Origin: Trichoplax adhaerens
Taxonomy: Eukaryota; Animalia; Placozoa
Direction of reading: 5' to 3'
DNA: 64,000 nucleotides
Assembly (NCBI RefSeq): GCF_000150275.1
Contig: NW_002060943.1
Coordinates: 6,688,299-6,752,298 of the forward strand
A program made the translations under genes and the position numbers. The notes under the pieces are model-generated. The model had not been told where the DNA came from and searched no databases. It saw nothing but the letters and a program-made list of their open reading frames with translations. Positions 51,201 through 62,249 of the stretch are shown piece by piece; the stretch's first letter is position 1, and every line of letters starts with the position of its first letter.

Positions 51201-54200
51201 GTACATCGTAATTATTGCTTTTCCGCTTCCTTAATAATTAAATTGACGATCATATTTCGCTAATTAAAAATTCCTATTGAACTTCGACCTCACGATAACA
51301 AATGTTTACAAATTTAATTAAGATTCCTATTCATTTAAAGACTCTACGTCGCTGAGTTTTTTATTACTCTGTGCTGGTGTCATAAAACTTGGATGTTAGA
51401 ATTGCTCTTTATAAATGGCTTCTTTACTATTTCAGAAATATTCTTACTTCGACTATGAGCATAATTTAATCAAGCTTGACATTAGTTTTTAGTGCTAAGT
51501 AGTTTATGATTCATTCGTATTATTAATAATTTATAGCTCGGGAAACTTTCTAAGTAATAGCTCGTGCAATGGTGGTAATTTTTAAATATTAACATAATTA
51601 TTAACTTCCGCCGCACTAGGTAATGCTTATCGATTTCAAACTAGTTTTACGGTTGTAAAGCGTTAATTTAATTAATTGATTAATAAGTACTAGCCAAATA
51701 TCGGTGTTGTTAGAAGCTTAGTAACGAAAAATGAATGAACTTTTTGAACTGGTAACACCCTAAGATATATTATCGTTATGACTGATTTATTTTGCAGTTG
51801 TACGGATTGCATCACCAACATGAGTATTTCAATACCAATATTTTAAGTTTAATGATGCTTATGATATATGCAAAGGTACGATAACCTACTGTACACACAT
51901 ACAGATTAATGTCGAAATATCCCATTGCAGATTAGGTTTGTCGTTCTTTAGCTGCAGCGTTACATCTAGTGCATCGCAATTCGCTTTGTAAGCAACAAAC
52001 ATGCCCTTATATCCATTTGATTCGATCTTATCAATCGACTTCTGACTAAATCTAATGTTACAATCACTATTGGTCTCGGTAATAAAAATATTCAAAGCCA
52101 CATAAAGAAAGTAATCATACGACTCATATTCTATTATAATAGAATATCTCGGTTTACTGTCGGTTCTGAGTTACTTTCTTCCAGACAATTACTACCCCAG
52201 TGACTAATTATTTTATTGTATATCAATTTATATATTCTTTAGAAATAACGCTGAGTAAGAAAATATTAAGTTATAGTTTCAATCGACTGAATAGTGGATA
52301 ATGGTATTATAGTTGGGTTACTTGAAGCCGCTCTAGATAACGAAATAGTCTAAAATAATTGGAACTACTTACATTAAATTATTATTTAATTAGTTAGTTT
52401 CAAGCGGCATCAATCTACAGCTTTGCAGACCATAGATTAGCTCTTTGAAAGCACCTATTTCGACATGGAAGAAAACGAATAGTACGGTAATAACAGTACT
52501 TAACTACTAGTTCAATATTAGACTTTATAGCGATTTTAATTTCATGAAAAGATCGATGCATTAAATTTAACCATTGGACTAATACTAAATTGTACTACAA
52601 TAAGAGGCTCCATTAGCTGATATCAAGCATAATATTTAAATAAATAGTATGGTAGATAGATAAATTTTAATGATTAAGCTGATCTTTAACTCGGAATTAA
52701 GTATTGTTTCTTAAATGAATTAACAATTTGTTGGTTTCTACCTAGGCGTCATTAGCATAAATACAGTATAAAAGACATTATTACGTATTAAAATATTGTT
52801 GAATTAAAAGGGAACTATACTTGACTTAACTAGTAATCTAAGTAATTATTACGCGAATAATTTTGAATTAATAAAGAGCTGGTATTTGTTTATAAGTAGG
52901 CCTTCATTGGATCACGAAAGGACTATTATTTTACACCTGCTCACTAGCATACTGTCGCTAAATAAGATTTTAATACAATAAGAGATACTAATTACGGACA
53001 GCTTAACCCCATCGAAATTGATTCGTGGAAATAGATATCGTTAGATTTATGGATATGGTCATAAATTAATTGTTAATGAAGTTAGACATCTATTCGTTAA
53101 CTACGAAATGAGTTCTATACTTGTACTGTATTAAAGAAATACCGGTAACAGATTAAATGAAATTGCTTAAACTGTAGGGTCACAGCTGTTTAAAAAACAA
53201 AATAATTGGAAGATATTTAGAATAGATGGTACTACTGTTTGAAATAATCTGTACATTTTTTCTGTATGCTTTATAATATAACACTAGACAGCCTGCTCCG
53301 GAGATTATAATTTATACCTAATTTAACTATGCCACGACCAACTTTGATAACTATCAGTAATGGTCACCTTCCATCAAAGTTACAGAATAGAAGTTGTCAA
53401 AGACATTATCTTTTATATGGTTCAATAAACAAATATTGGTAACTGAAAGTCTCAGTATAGTTAAGTTATCAATATTGTAATCAGTCAGTAGTACTCCAAA
53501 TATTTCATTTTATCTCTTTAATTTTTATTCATTGCAACATTTAAAATGGATTGATCTTAATCTAAAAATTGAACGCAACATTGTTCATAATCTCGTACTA
53601 TAGTAAGTTTCTGTAATAGTTTGTTAAAAATGATGTTCCTAAATTGTGATCTACTTATTAAATAGACACAGATCAATTCTATATTCTCTCCGGAAATTGA
53701 GTTAAACTTGGAACAGTACTGACAGAGCCTTAGCTATGTTGTAAATTGAAAGTCTGATAGGTCAACCATAATTAAATAAGCGAAAACATATGGTAATCGA
53801 AATAATGTCGTATACGACACCTGAATAGATTAATTATTTTTGGTAATTTAATTCTATATTTCTAACGTGGGTGAAAAAAATTTGCTGCTATTTTCGTTTT
53901 GCAGCTTGCATTTTTTCTTGTTTCGCCTTTTGACGTAATGTAGAACTTTACAATTCCTCCCATATAACAAAGAAATTGTATAATTACTAGGAATAATAGA
54001 ATGAACAGGGGAAACATCTAAAATTTGGTATAATAAATAATTGTTTTAGATATTTATCATTTGCGTTTCAAGTACAATCAATACTTATATGAACTATGAA
54101 TTATTTATGTGGCAAATAAAATTGAGCCTTGCGATTATTGTTCCAATTATTACTAACGATTCAATTTAGTACTGATGCCTGTAAATTAAAAATAGGTACT

Positions 54201-55938
54201 TGCACCGTAAAGCGTATAGATCTTTTAACTCAAGTATAGTGATCTTGATTGATAAGTAATGATATATATATAGAGCTAAAACAATATTACCCGGCATTTA
54301 GCCTGGATAGAAAAGTAGATATTATCGACTAATCACACACAGCAGATGCTAATATCTGCTAAATTGTCACAGGAATCTTTACATACGAAAGCATATATAT
54401 TGATAAATGAGGCCTTGCTACATTATATCTAATCTGACTTCTTGTTGTAGTATTTAATTCTGATTTTAATGGACTATCGGTCTAGACTATCCTGAAAAGT
54501 AAATTATCTTAACAATCATAATGTCGTTTAAGCACCTGGTCCTAAGTAACGTATTCATCATGGCCAAATAGTAACAATTGTTATCGTTAGATCATCATTT
54601 ATAGACAGTTAAAAATTATCAGTATTTTATTCGCGAAAGATTAATAATAGAGTGGAGATGTGTTGTTGACATCGTCTTCCCATATAAATAATATAGGAAG
54701 TAGGCTGTCAATTTACATTATCAAAGTGGGCTGCATATGATAATAATAAATGTAGTTCTCTTAATTAAGCCTCAAATTGATGATGGCATCATTATATATA
54801 CATATTATCATCATAAATTAAGAAATATGGTTGTTATGTTAGCAACAGTAATAGTAGTTATGTTTAGTTTGAGTACGAATCAATAAATATGTTAAAACAA
54901 TGATTTTAATCCTATCGCAACTGTCAATTAGACAATCATAAATTGAATAATTATGTTGATTTAAAAAGTTCTTCATTAATTTTTCGAATTGGATTTATCC
55001 AATATTATACAATCGTCACATTTACAAAAGAACATAATTCAGTATTCTCTTTTTCTTTTCTAAAGTTATATCTATTAAATGACCTATATAAAAGGTAGGT
55101 TTAATAAATATATCAATGAGACTGGAAATGAAGTATTTTAGGTCATGAAATTATTAAAAATCGAGAATCGGCGCTTTCTTAAATACTCATATTTATTAAA
55201 TTGTTCCTTACATAGCGAATTAATCCAAGCTATTTTTTATTTATTAAATCTGCGATTAATTAAAACTCCGTATAGTGGGCAATTCTAAGTCAACGCTAAA
55301 ATCTATCGTTTTTCTAAAGTTATTTCATTGACTCCATTCAAAAAGTATTTTTTTCTGAAAAAGTAACATTTCTACTCATATTACTAAAGCAGATGACATG
55401 TAAATATGTTATTGTATATGCCATTGAGTTACATTCAACGGGTTATTGGTTGATTGAACGTGATATATAATAGCCTAACCTTCTATAAATTGGTCAATCA
55501 GTTTAGTCATTACCATCATTGTTCAGAAGTACTATGGCGAGTAAGCTTGGATATAGGATATCCTTAAATCGATTGCCATAATCAAATCAACCTTAGGAAA
55601 AAAGATAGCCCGGTATCTAAGAATATTCTTTATATGTATTATATACATTTTATTTGAAAAAATCAATCATCTTAGGCATACTAAATCATTACGAAAGCTG
55701 CTAGCTTCATTGAAAAGGGTTACGTTAAATCATATACGCCCAAACGATTTGGTACGGTAGTGGCACACGCAGAATTGTTGATTACGGTGTTTTTAAACCG
55801 ATACCATTTTCGCTTTGACATAACGTTCAGCTTCAGGATTTCTTCACTCAAAATTTGCATTGCTCTACCTACTAATACATAGATACAGTAACAGAAAGTC
55901 TTTTCCATCAATTCTATTGCATATTTATCCAAAGAGAT

Positions 55939-56991
55939 ATGACAGCTACTACTTTTCCCTATCATAACTTGATTACAAATACACCAAATTTTACAAATCA
56001 AACGCCTACTACACCAGCACCTAATTACGATGATGTTCCATTATTTTTGAGTATTATTTATGGCTCTATTGCTACAATGTCGATTGGAGGTAACGGCATA
56101 ATAATCCTAGTGATCTTATATGATCGATCAATCATAGCTAATCCAACTAATATGCTAATTTTTACTCTAGCTATCGTTGATAGCTTAACCGGTATAGTTA
56201 TGTTCTTTACACCATCTTTAATAATTGGCATACGTTATTATTCATTTCCTACTGGAATACCTGGTGGTGCCATATTTTGCCACTTGGTTGATTCGTTCTT
56301 TATTTTCTTCTCTCTTGGCAATTTATCTGTTATGCTGGTTATGCTAATTAGTATAGAACGTTGGGCAGCAGTTGTTCGAGCAACGAAGTATAGCAAATGG
56401 TTTGCTCTTCGTCGTGTTAAGATATGTATTGGTATTGTTATTATCCTCGTCATAATATTAAATTTAGATAATTTGTTAGGTAAGATTTATGTTCCTGGCG
56501 TATTTCCACCTTGCGTGTGGAGTCCAATATTTCCCAAGCCAAGTCAAAACTTAACTTTATTTACGGTCTTTGAAATAACACGATTATTTCTACCAGTCCT
56601 TTTAATTATTTTATGTTACGTCAATATTGCTAAAAAGACATTATTTTCACACAAAGTTGGAGGTTTAACCCAGGAGCAAAGTGCAAAATATATTGCTCGT
56701 CGTCGTGTAACTACAATGTGTTTCGTTTCTTCGGCGGCTTTGGTTGTCTGTTGGTTGCCCAATGAAATTTACTTCGTAATGATGAATTTTGAGATTATCG
56801 ATTATTCGTTTATTGTCCATGGTGTGACTAAAACTTTAGTTATTTTTAATTCGTGTATCAATCCATTCATTTATGCTGCTACTAATCGTGCGTATCGTCG
56901 CAGCATATTCCAATTTATTACTCGTAAACATAATTATTACAAGGCCAGAACTCATCGGTTGACATCAATTGCAAATACCAGTAATCACTGA
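55939..56991 (+). CDS. Intronless class A orphan GPCR, 350 aa
   Basis: TM1 GGN, TM2 TLAIVD, TM3 FC...SIERW, ECL2 PPC, TM6 CWLPNEIYF, TM7 NPFIY, helix 8 NRAYR; clear paralog of 36368-37423. Confidence 0.95.
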   Translation: MTATTFPYHNLITNTPNFTNQTPTTPAPNYDDVPLFLSIIYGSIATMSIGGNGIIILVILYDRSIIANPTNMLIFTLAIVDSLTGIVMFFTPSLIIGIRYYSFPTGIPGGAIFCHLVDSFFIFFSLGNLSVMLVMLISIERWAAVVRATKYSKWFALRRVKICIGIVIILVIILNLDNLLGKIYVPGVFPPCVWSPIFPKPSQNLTLFTVFEITRLFLPVLLIILCYVNIAKKTLFSHKVGGLTQEQSAKYIARRRVTTMCFVSSAALVVCWLPNEIYFVMMNFEIIDYSFIVHGVTKTLVIFNSCINPFIYAATNRAYRRSIFQFITRKHNYYKARTHRLTSIANTSNH

Positions 56992-59900
56992 TTTTCGCAT
57001 TTATTGCATGTCATATTATATCCATATAATGCAATATTACGTTTCAATTTCTATAAGCTACTGCATATACTTACTGCAATTGTATATTTGCAAAAGTTGA
57101 TACTGAATTAGAAAGTTAGTAAGTTTCTTAAAGAAATGGTGATTTTCAGCTCAAAAAAATTCGTGCGCGGATCGCTTAAGGGTTAATCAAAATTTCTAGA
57201 GCTATTCTTGTTTTGAAGTAGAAGATTCTCCCAAATTGATAATACTTTACAAAAGTTGGATTCAGTTTTAGCTGTTGATTGCAATGGAATAAGCTGTAAT
57301 CCTCAATAGTTTTGAATTACAGCTATGATAAAATCCTTTTGGATTGATTTAAACATTTTCTAGATCTCATTTTGATACTTTTTAAATACGCGAAGAAAAA
57401 AATGGAGCTATCGTTTAGCAACTTCGACTAACGCATTAATTTATTATAAAACTGCGGTAAAATTGTCTTTAACGCAATCGTGTTGTTATTGAAATTGTAT
57501 CTGCTAGTAATGTCAAGATCTCCTGATTTTATCAACGGTTTAATCTATTTTATTTCTGACCTCAGATGAAATCAGCTCATTTTAAATTAATTGCCATTAT
57601 TAAAGTCGTGTTAGTTAAATTCATCTATAGCTAAAAGATTAAATTTATCACTTTATTGATTAAATGTTTTAAATATTAGAAAACGCTTGGAAAGCACAAA
57701 TAGAATTAATAGCTCGATGTCCAGTATGCGCTGACCTTTATATATTATTGATCTATTGCAATATTGAAAACTTTCTAGCATAGATTGTGTTAACGGTAAA
57801 TTGAAAAACAGCATTATTTTAGGTATCCACCGTACACCATACGCGTATGTATTACTACTTTTACTATCCAAGTCTATTCTATTTCTTGATATTGTCCTAT
57901 ATAAGCTTCTTCCGTTAACTTCATTTTTCTAATTTATTGTTGCGTTCAATTTGTAATTTTTCTCTCTTCCATTATGCTTTTAAATTCTCACAATTTTAAT
58001 ATTAATATTGTTTCTTGTACGCAAATACTTGTAATTTATGCTATCGTAACATACAAGTACGTAACTGTACTGAATATTAACATAATCGTTTGTTCCGATC
58101 ATTATTGTTAGGTTGAGTTTCGATGTCATCAATATATCTTTTTATTGTATAACAAATCGTTACCACCTTATCGTTTGTATAGGAGCATAAAAAGGTTATA
58201 TCTTTGAATGATGAGCGCATCACGCGATAGAAAAAATTCAATACTTTATAAGTAAGGTGAATTAGATCAAAATTGGTCATTTAGGTACCTTTTGCTTAAA
58301 ATTAATTGATTAATGCTTCAATAAATCAAGAGGAAGGTCTTCTATTTCTGTCACTCGTATCTAATAGCTTAGCATATATCCCTGATTCACTGTATTTATA
58401 ATATATATATATATATAATCAAATGCTAATCATGTTATAGGGCAATAATTACAAAGATAGCAATAAAATAATGAAATATACACTATTATATTTAGTGGGT
58501 TTATTTGTCACCATAGCACAGGCGTATGCTGTAATTGGCCATTCGCGAAAATTTTCTGATTATCGAATGCACTTATTAATGAATTTTTTGTCAATAAACT
58601 GGTGTTCCATCTTAGAATAAAATGACTACAATGTAGATGTAGACAACCATTTGATCATTCTTATTTGCAACATCACAAATGGTTTTAATTAAGAAACATG
58701 ACGTTAATAGTTGCTTAATTTCCAAGAAGTAAAATATTAATTTAAGTGAATCAGAATACATAGTTGCAACAGTTTACACTTAGGATATATATATATGCAT
58801 GAGTTATGTATACTTGTTAAGTTGTGGTCAAAAATCTGATTTTGACCCTATCATTTTGGTATACTTTCATTTTAGATGTACCTGTATAACCTAGAGGTGG
58901 ACAGCACGAAGTACCCGGATATTTATTTGAGATTTGAAAATTAACATTACTCAATTGAAACGTGAATTAGCCATACACTAACTTTTAAACATTTTTAGAT
59001 TCTTTACATCGGCATGCAAAATTTTCATATGCCTAGTACTTCTAGTGGAATATTTTAAGATTATTATCACTGAACTACAACAGCACTAGATATTAACATA
59101 TACAGTAGTACACAATACTGGTCAAGTAATTAATTTATCGAATACTGTACTTTAGCAGGTGTGACAGGCAATAATTTAACCATTACCTCTTTACTATATA
59201 TGCCTACTATGACTATACGCTATATCGTATGCCTTACTGTGATTGATTGGAGTTGTCGTAGATACCGAAGAGCCTTTACCAATAGAATTTTGCATTAACT
59301 TACAGAATCATCTTAGTCTTAATTCTTACTGTATACTTGCATTTTATATGCAATCCATCTTGGATGATTAGTTTACAATTTCAAGGAAGTATATCACCAG
59401 ATGATTTTCCAACTACTTTTTACTTTATTTTATACAGTCATAATATAAATAAGTTTTTTCTTAATTTGCTTAAGGATTGTATAAAGTAATAATCACTAAT
59501 CAATGACTAGCCGTTAATTAATAATTGAATCTGTTATCATATTATTCAGTTAGGGTAATCATCTCATGTATTCCGTTTCTTAATTATTGATCCCTCTCTT
59601 TTAATTCTCCACTCGAATTCCATCATTACACACAATGATAACTTGCTTATGCATATGTAATTGTCTTCGGTGATTTCAATATCATCTTTCATTAAGATTA
59701 ACTGAGCAGTACATAAAATGTTGAGACGATATAGACAGTATTACTGTAGAACTAGCCGGTTACGGTGATTTATGTAGGAGAATTTTGTTACAGTGTTCCA
59801 TTCATTGAAAAGTACGTAATCAGGATTTGATTACTTTGCAATCCTTAGTTGATTACAGTGGATAAAATCAGCAAGGAAACCAGTTAATTCACCGTTTTAT

Positions 59901-60889
59901 TAGGTCATCACTGTAATGTATTACAATGCATAACGTTGCGATGAAGCACGCCGTCAAAGAAGAATATATTGTGACAGACACAAATTTCTAATTAAGAGTA
60001 AATGGTATTCGCCGATATTGTGATATGCCAACTTTGCTTCATGAAATAAAATTAGTTCTTCGGGCAAGGGCTGTATCTGTCTTGCTTTCTGTACAAGGAT
60101 AATGGAACTGCATTATTGCCGTATATCACACAACTACCGGATTGGCAGCTCAAGGATCGTTTTTACATTTGTAGAAGTAAGTTTAGGAGAACATGCTGCC
60201 GCTACGATTGCACTGCAAGCTGTAATATTTCTAAAGTATAGACTACCCCAATTTCGTCATCTATATTTGAAGTTGTATTTTGTATCTCTCTTATACGTTT
60301 GTACTATAACATATTAAGTAAACAGTCGTTAATGATGGAACGGCTTCATTTTAGTAAATAAAAGCGATCAAAGACGTTAACAAAATATCGATTTTTATAC
60401 AATAAGTAGCATAAACGTTGTAGCTAGTATTGCTTCAGTATTTTCATCGTTGACAATTCCCACTTTTATGTTATTGAAGTTGACTGTGTAAATCACGTTA
60501 TGCTTAACGTTAAGGTATTCAAATATGTAACAATGTATGAAGATTTCTTGAAATGTAATAATTGAAAACAAAAGCTAAAATGTTAATCACTATTAATAAA
60601 ACTATTCAAACCATATTCACTTAAAAGTACTACATTATACTTTCCATCAATGTGCATCTAAAAGCAGATTGAAAACAAACTAAAATTTAAAATTACTTGC
60701 AATAAAAATTTAAAATATCTATAATTTTGTGATTAAACTCTTGCCTTCTTCGCCCCTGTACTGATTCTATTCAAAATACTGTACATTAGTCCCTTGTAAC
60801 TTCTAATTCCATTTTATTTTTACCGCCGATCAACAGCAGTTTCAGACATACTTAGTAAAATAAAATTTATTCAAAATAGCTTCACGTAC

Positions 60890-61810
60890 TGAAACAGTGA
60901 CTGTACGGTACAGTACTGTCGCAGTGATTTGAACACACGCACTTGCACTTTTTAACTTTCATGATATCGTATTAGGATTAGTATTCCATACTGTACTGTA
61001 CATTGTACTGTACACTGTAGATAGGATACTGCATCCGATACTGTACAGTATACAGAGGGTGTCTCACAAGTCTTTCCCACTGTTTGAAATCATATGAAAT
61101 TATAGTTTCAAGTCCTTATTAGACAAATTTAGTATCATTTGATTGGAAATAAGATGCTTTATGCGAATATGTAATTTAAAAGCACATAAAATGTGTTCAA
61201 GTTACTAATATTAGCACTTAAAGTCAAATATTCTTATATAAACTCTGGCGCTTTTCTACAGTACATTGTACTGTAATCGACACGGTACTGTACACTGTAC
61301 AGTACTTGCAGTCTAAAGTTCAATGACCCGCATGGCCCTTAGCTGGCCCGTCACGGCACGGCAGGAGTCAAGAAGTGAGTATCGCTGGTGCTGTTCACTA
61401 GAGGGTCTCTATTGCTCACTGATGGTTCACTGTTCAGGTGTACGGTACTGTACCATTTTGTTGTGGTACTCACGCATGGGTAGAAGTGAGTCATACAGTA
61501 TCCGAGAGATGGCACAGCGTAGTCAGTAGTGACTTAGTAGTGCAGTACCCGCGCGTTGACAAGATGCGAAACAAGCATCATGAACATGTGCTATATTTGG
61601 ATAGCAAATTGGCAATGACGAAGATGAGCCTATCAAGTTCATCCTCGACCATGTCCATTGTACAAGACGCTTGTACTGTATATTACAGTACTGTGCACTG
61701 TAGACCATCGCTTTGCCGCATAGGCGCGGTAATAGTATACCGTATAAAATCCACTACTATGGGTGGAGGCAAGGTGACCTACGGTACACTGAGTACAGTA
61801 GTGTCCATTG
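60890..61810. promoter_or_regulatory. Putative IPO7 upstream/promoter region dense in CTGTACA/CAGTAC palindromes
   Basis: CTGTACGGTACAGTACTG (60901), CTGTACTGTACATTGTACTGTACACTGTAG (60991), ACTGTACAGT (61040), TACTGTACACTGTACAGTA (about 61286) and TACTGTATATTACAGTA (about 61674), 0.35-1.3 kb upstream of the IPO7 ATG. Confidence 0.6.
61055..61144 (+). mobile_element. Solo TIR-like relic (copy 2), homologous to 20168-20257
   Basis: GAGGGTGTCT...TTGAAATCATATGAAA...TCAAGTCC..ATTAGACAAATTTAGTATCA is colinear with copy 1; preceded by TATACA. Confidence 0.5.
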
Positions 61811-62165
61811 AACACAGTCTAGGACTGACACCGTCAGTGACACGTCAAGTCACTGGCCAACATTGTCGTTCAACCTCTCCTCGTCTAGCCTCTGATGTCC
61901 GCACGTTTTTTAGGCTTTGCAGGTTAGTCAGTTCGCCATTCAATTAGACCAAGCAATATAATACTTCTCTCTTGACTAAAATTATCCTCTCTGTTTAGTT
62001 TATTTGTACTGAATATTGTGTCAAATTATTGGTCGACTAAGATGAATGCTTGCCTATGCATTCAATCACCAATGTGACCATTCCTTCCATACTTGCACAT
62101 GCAATCTTAGCCGTGTCAAAAAATTCCTTTCATCCATTCTCTAGTAATCAAGAATGCAAACCAAC

Positions 62166-62249
62166 ATGGATCCCAACAGCATTGTGGAATTGTTATCCAA
62201 ATCACTCGACCCACAAGCGCATGAGGTTGTGGAGCGTGAACTTCGTACG
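62166..62249 (+). CDS. IPO7: Importin-7 (or importin-7/8 ancestor), first coding exon only; gene continues beyond the window
   Basis: MDPNSIVELLSKSLDPQAHEVVERELRT followed by a GTGAGT donor resembles the importin-7 N-terminus [28 protein letters not shown] (28 codons, phase-0 intron). Exon 2 was not found in the window. Confidence 0.8.

Noticed and set aside
32360-56991. Opsins, suggested by a TM7 lysine
   Set aside because: The Lys is at 7.39 (or 7.45), not the retinal-binding 7.43.
57170-57186. piggyBac-like right end (CTTAAGGG-TTAA)
   Set aside because: No matching left end or transposase remnant was found in the window.
61300-61720. RNase P/MRP RNA on the minus strand (ACTTTAGACTGC resembles CR-V)
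   Set aside because: No convincing CR-I partner to form the P4 helix; kept only as an unspecified GC-rich candidate.
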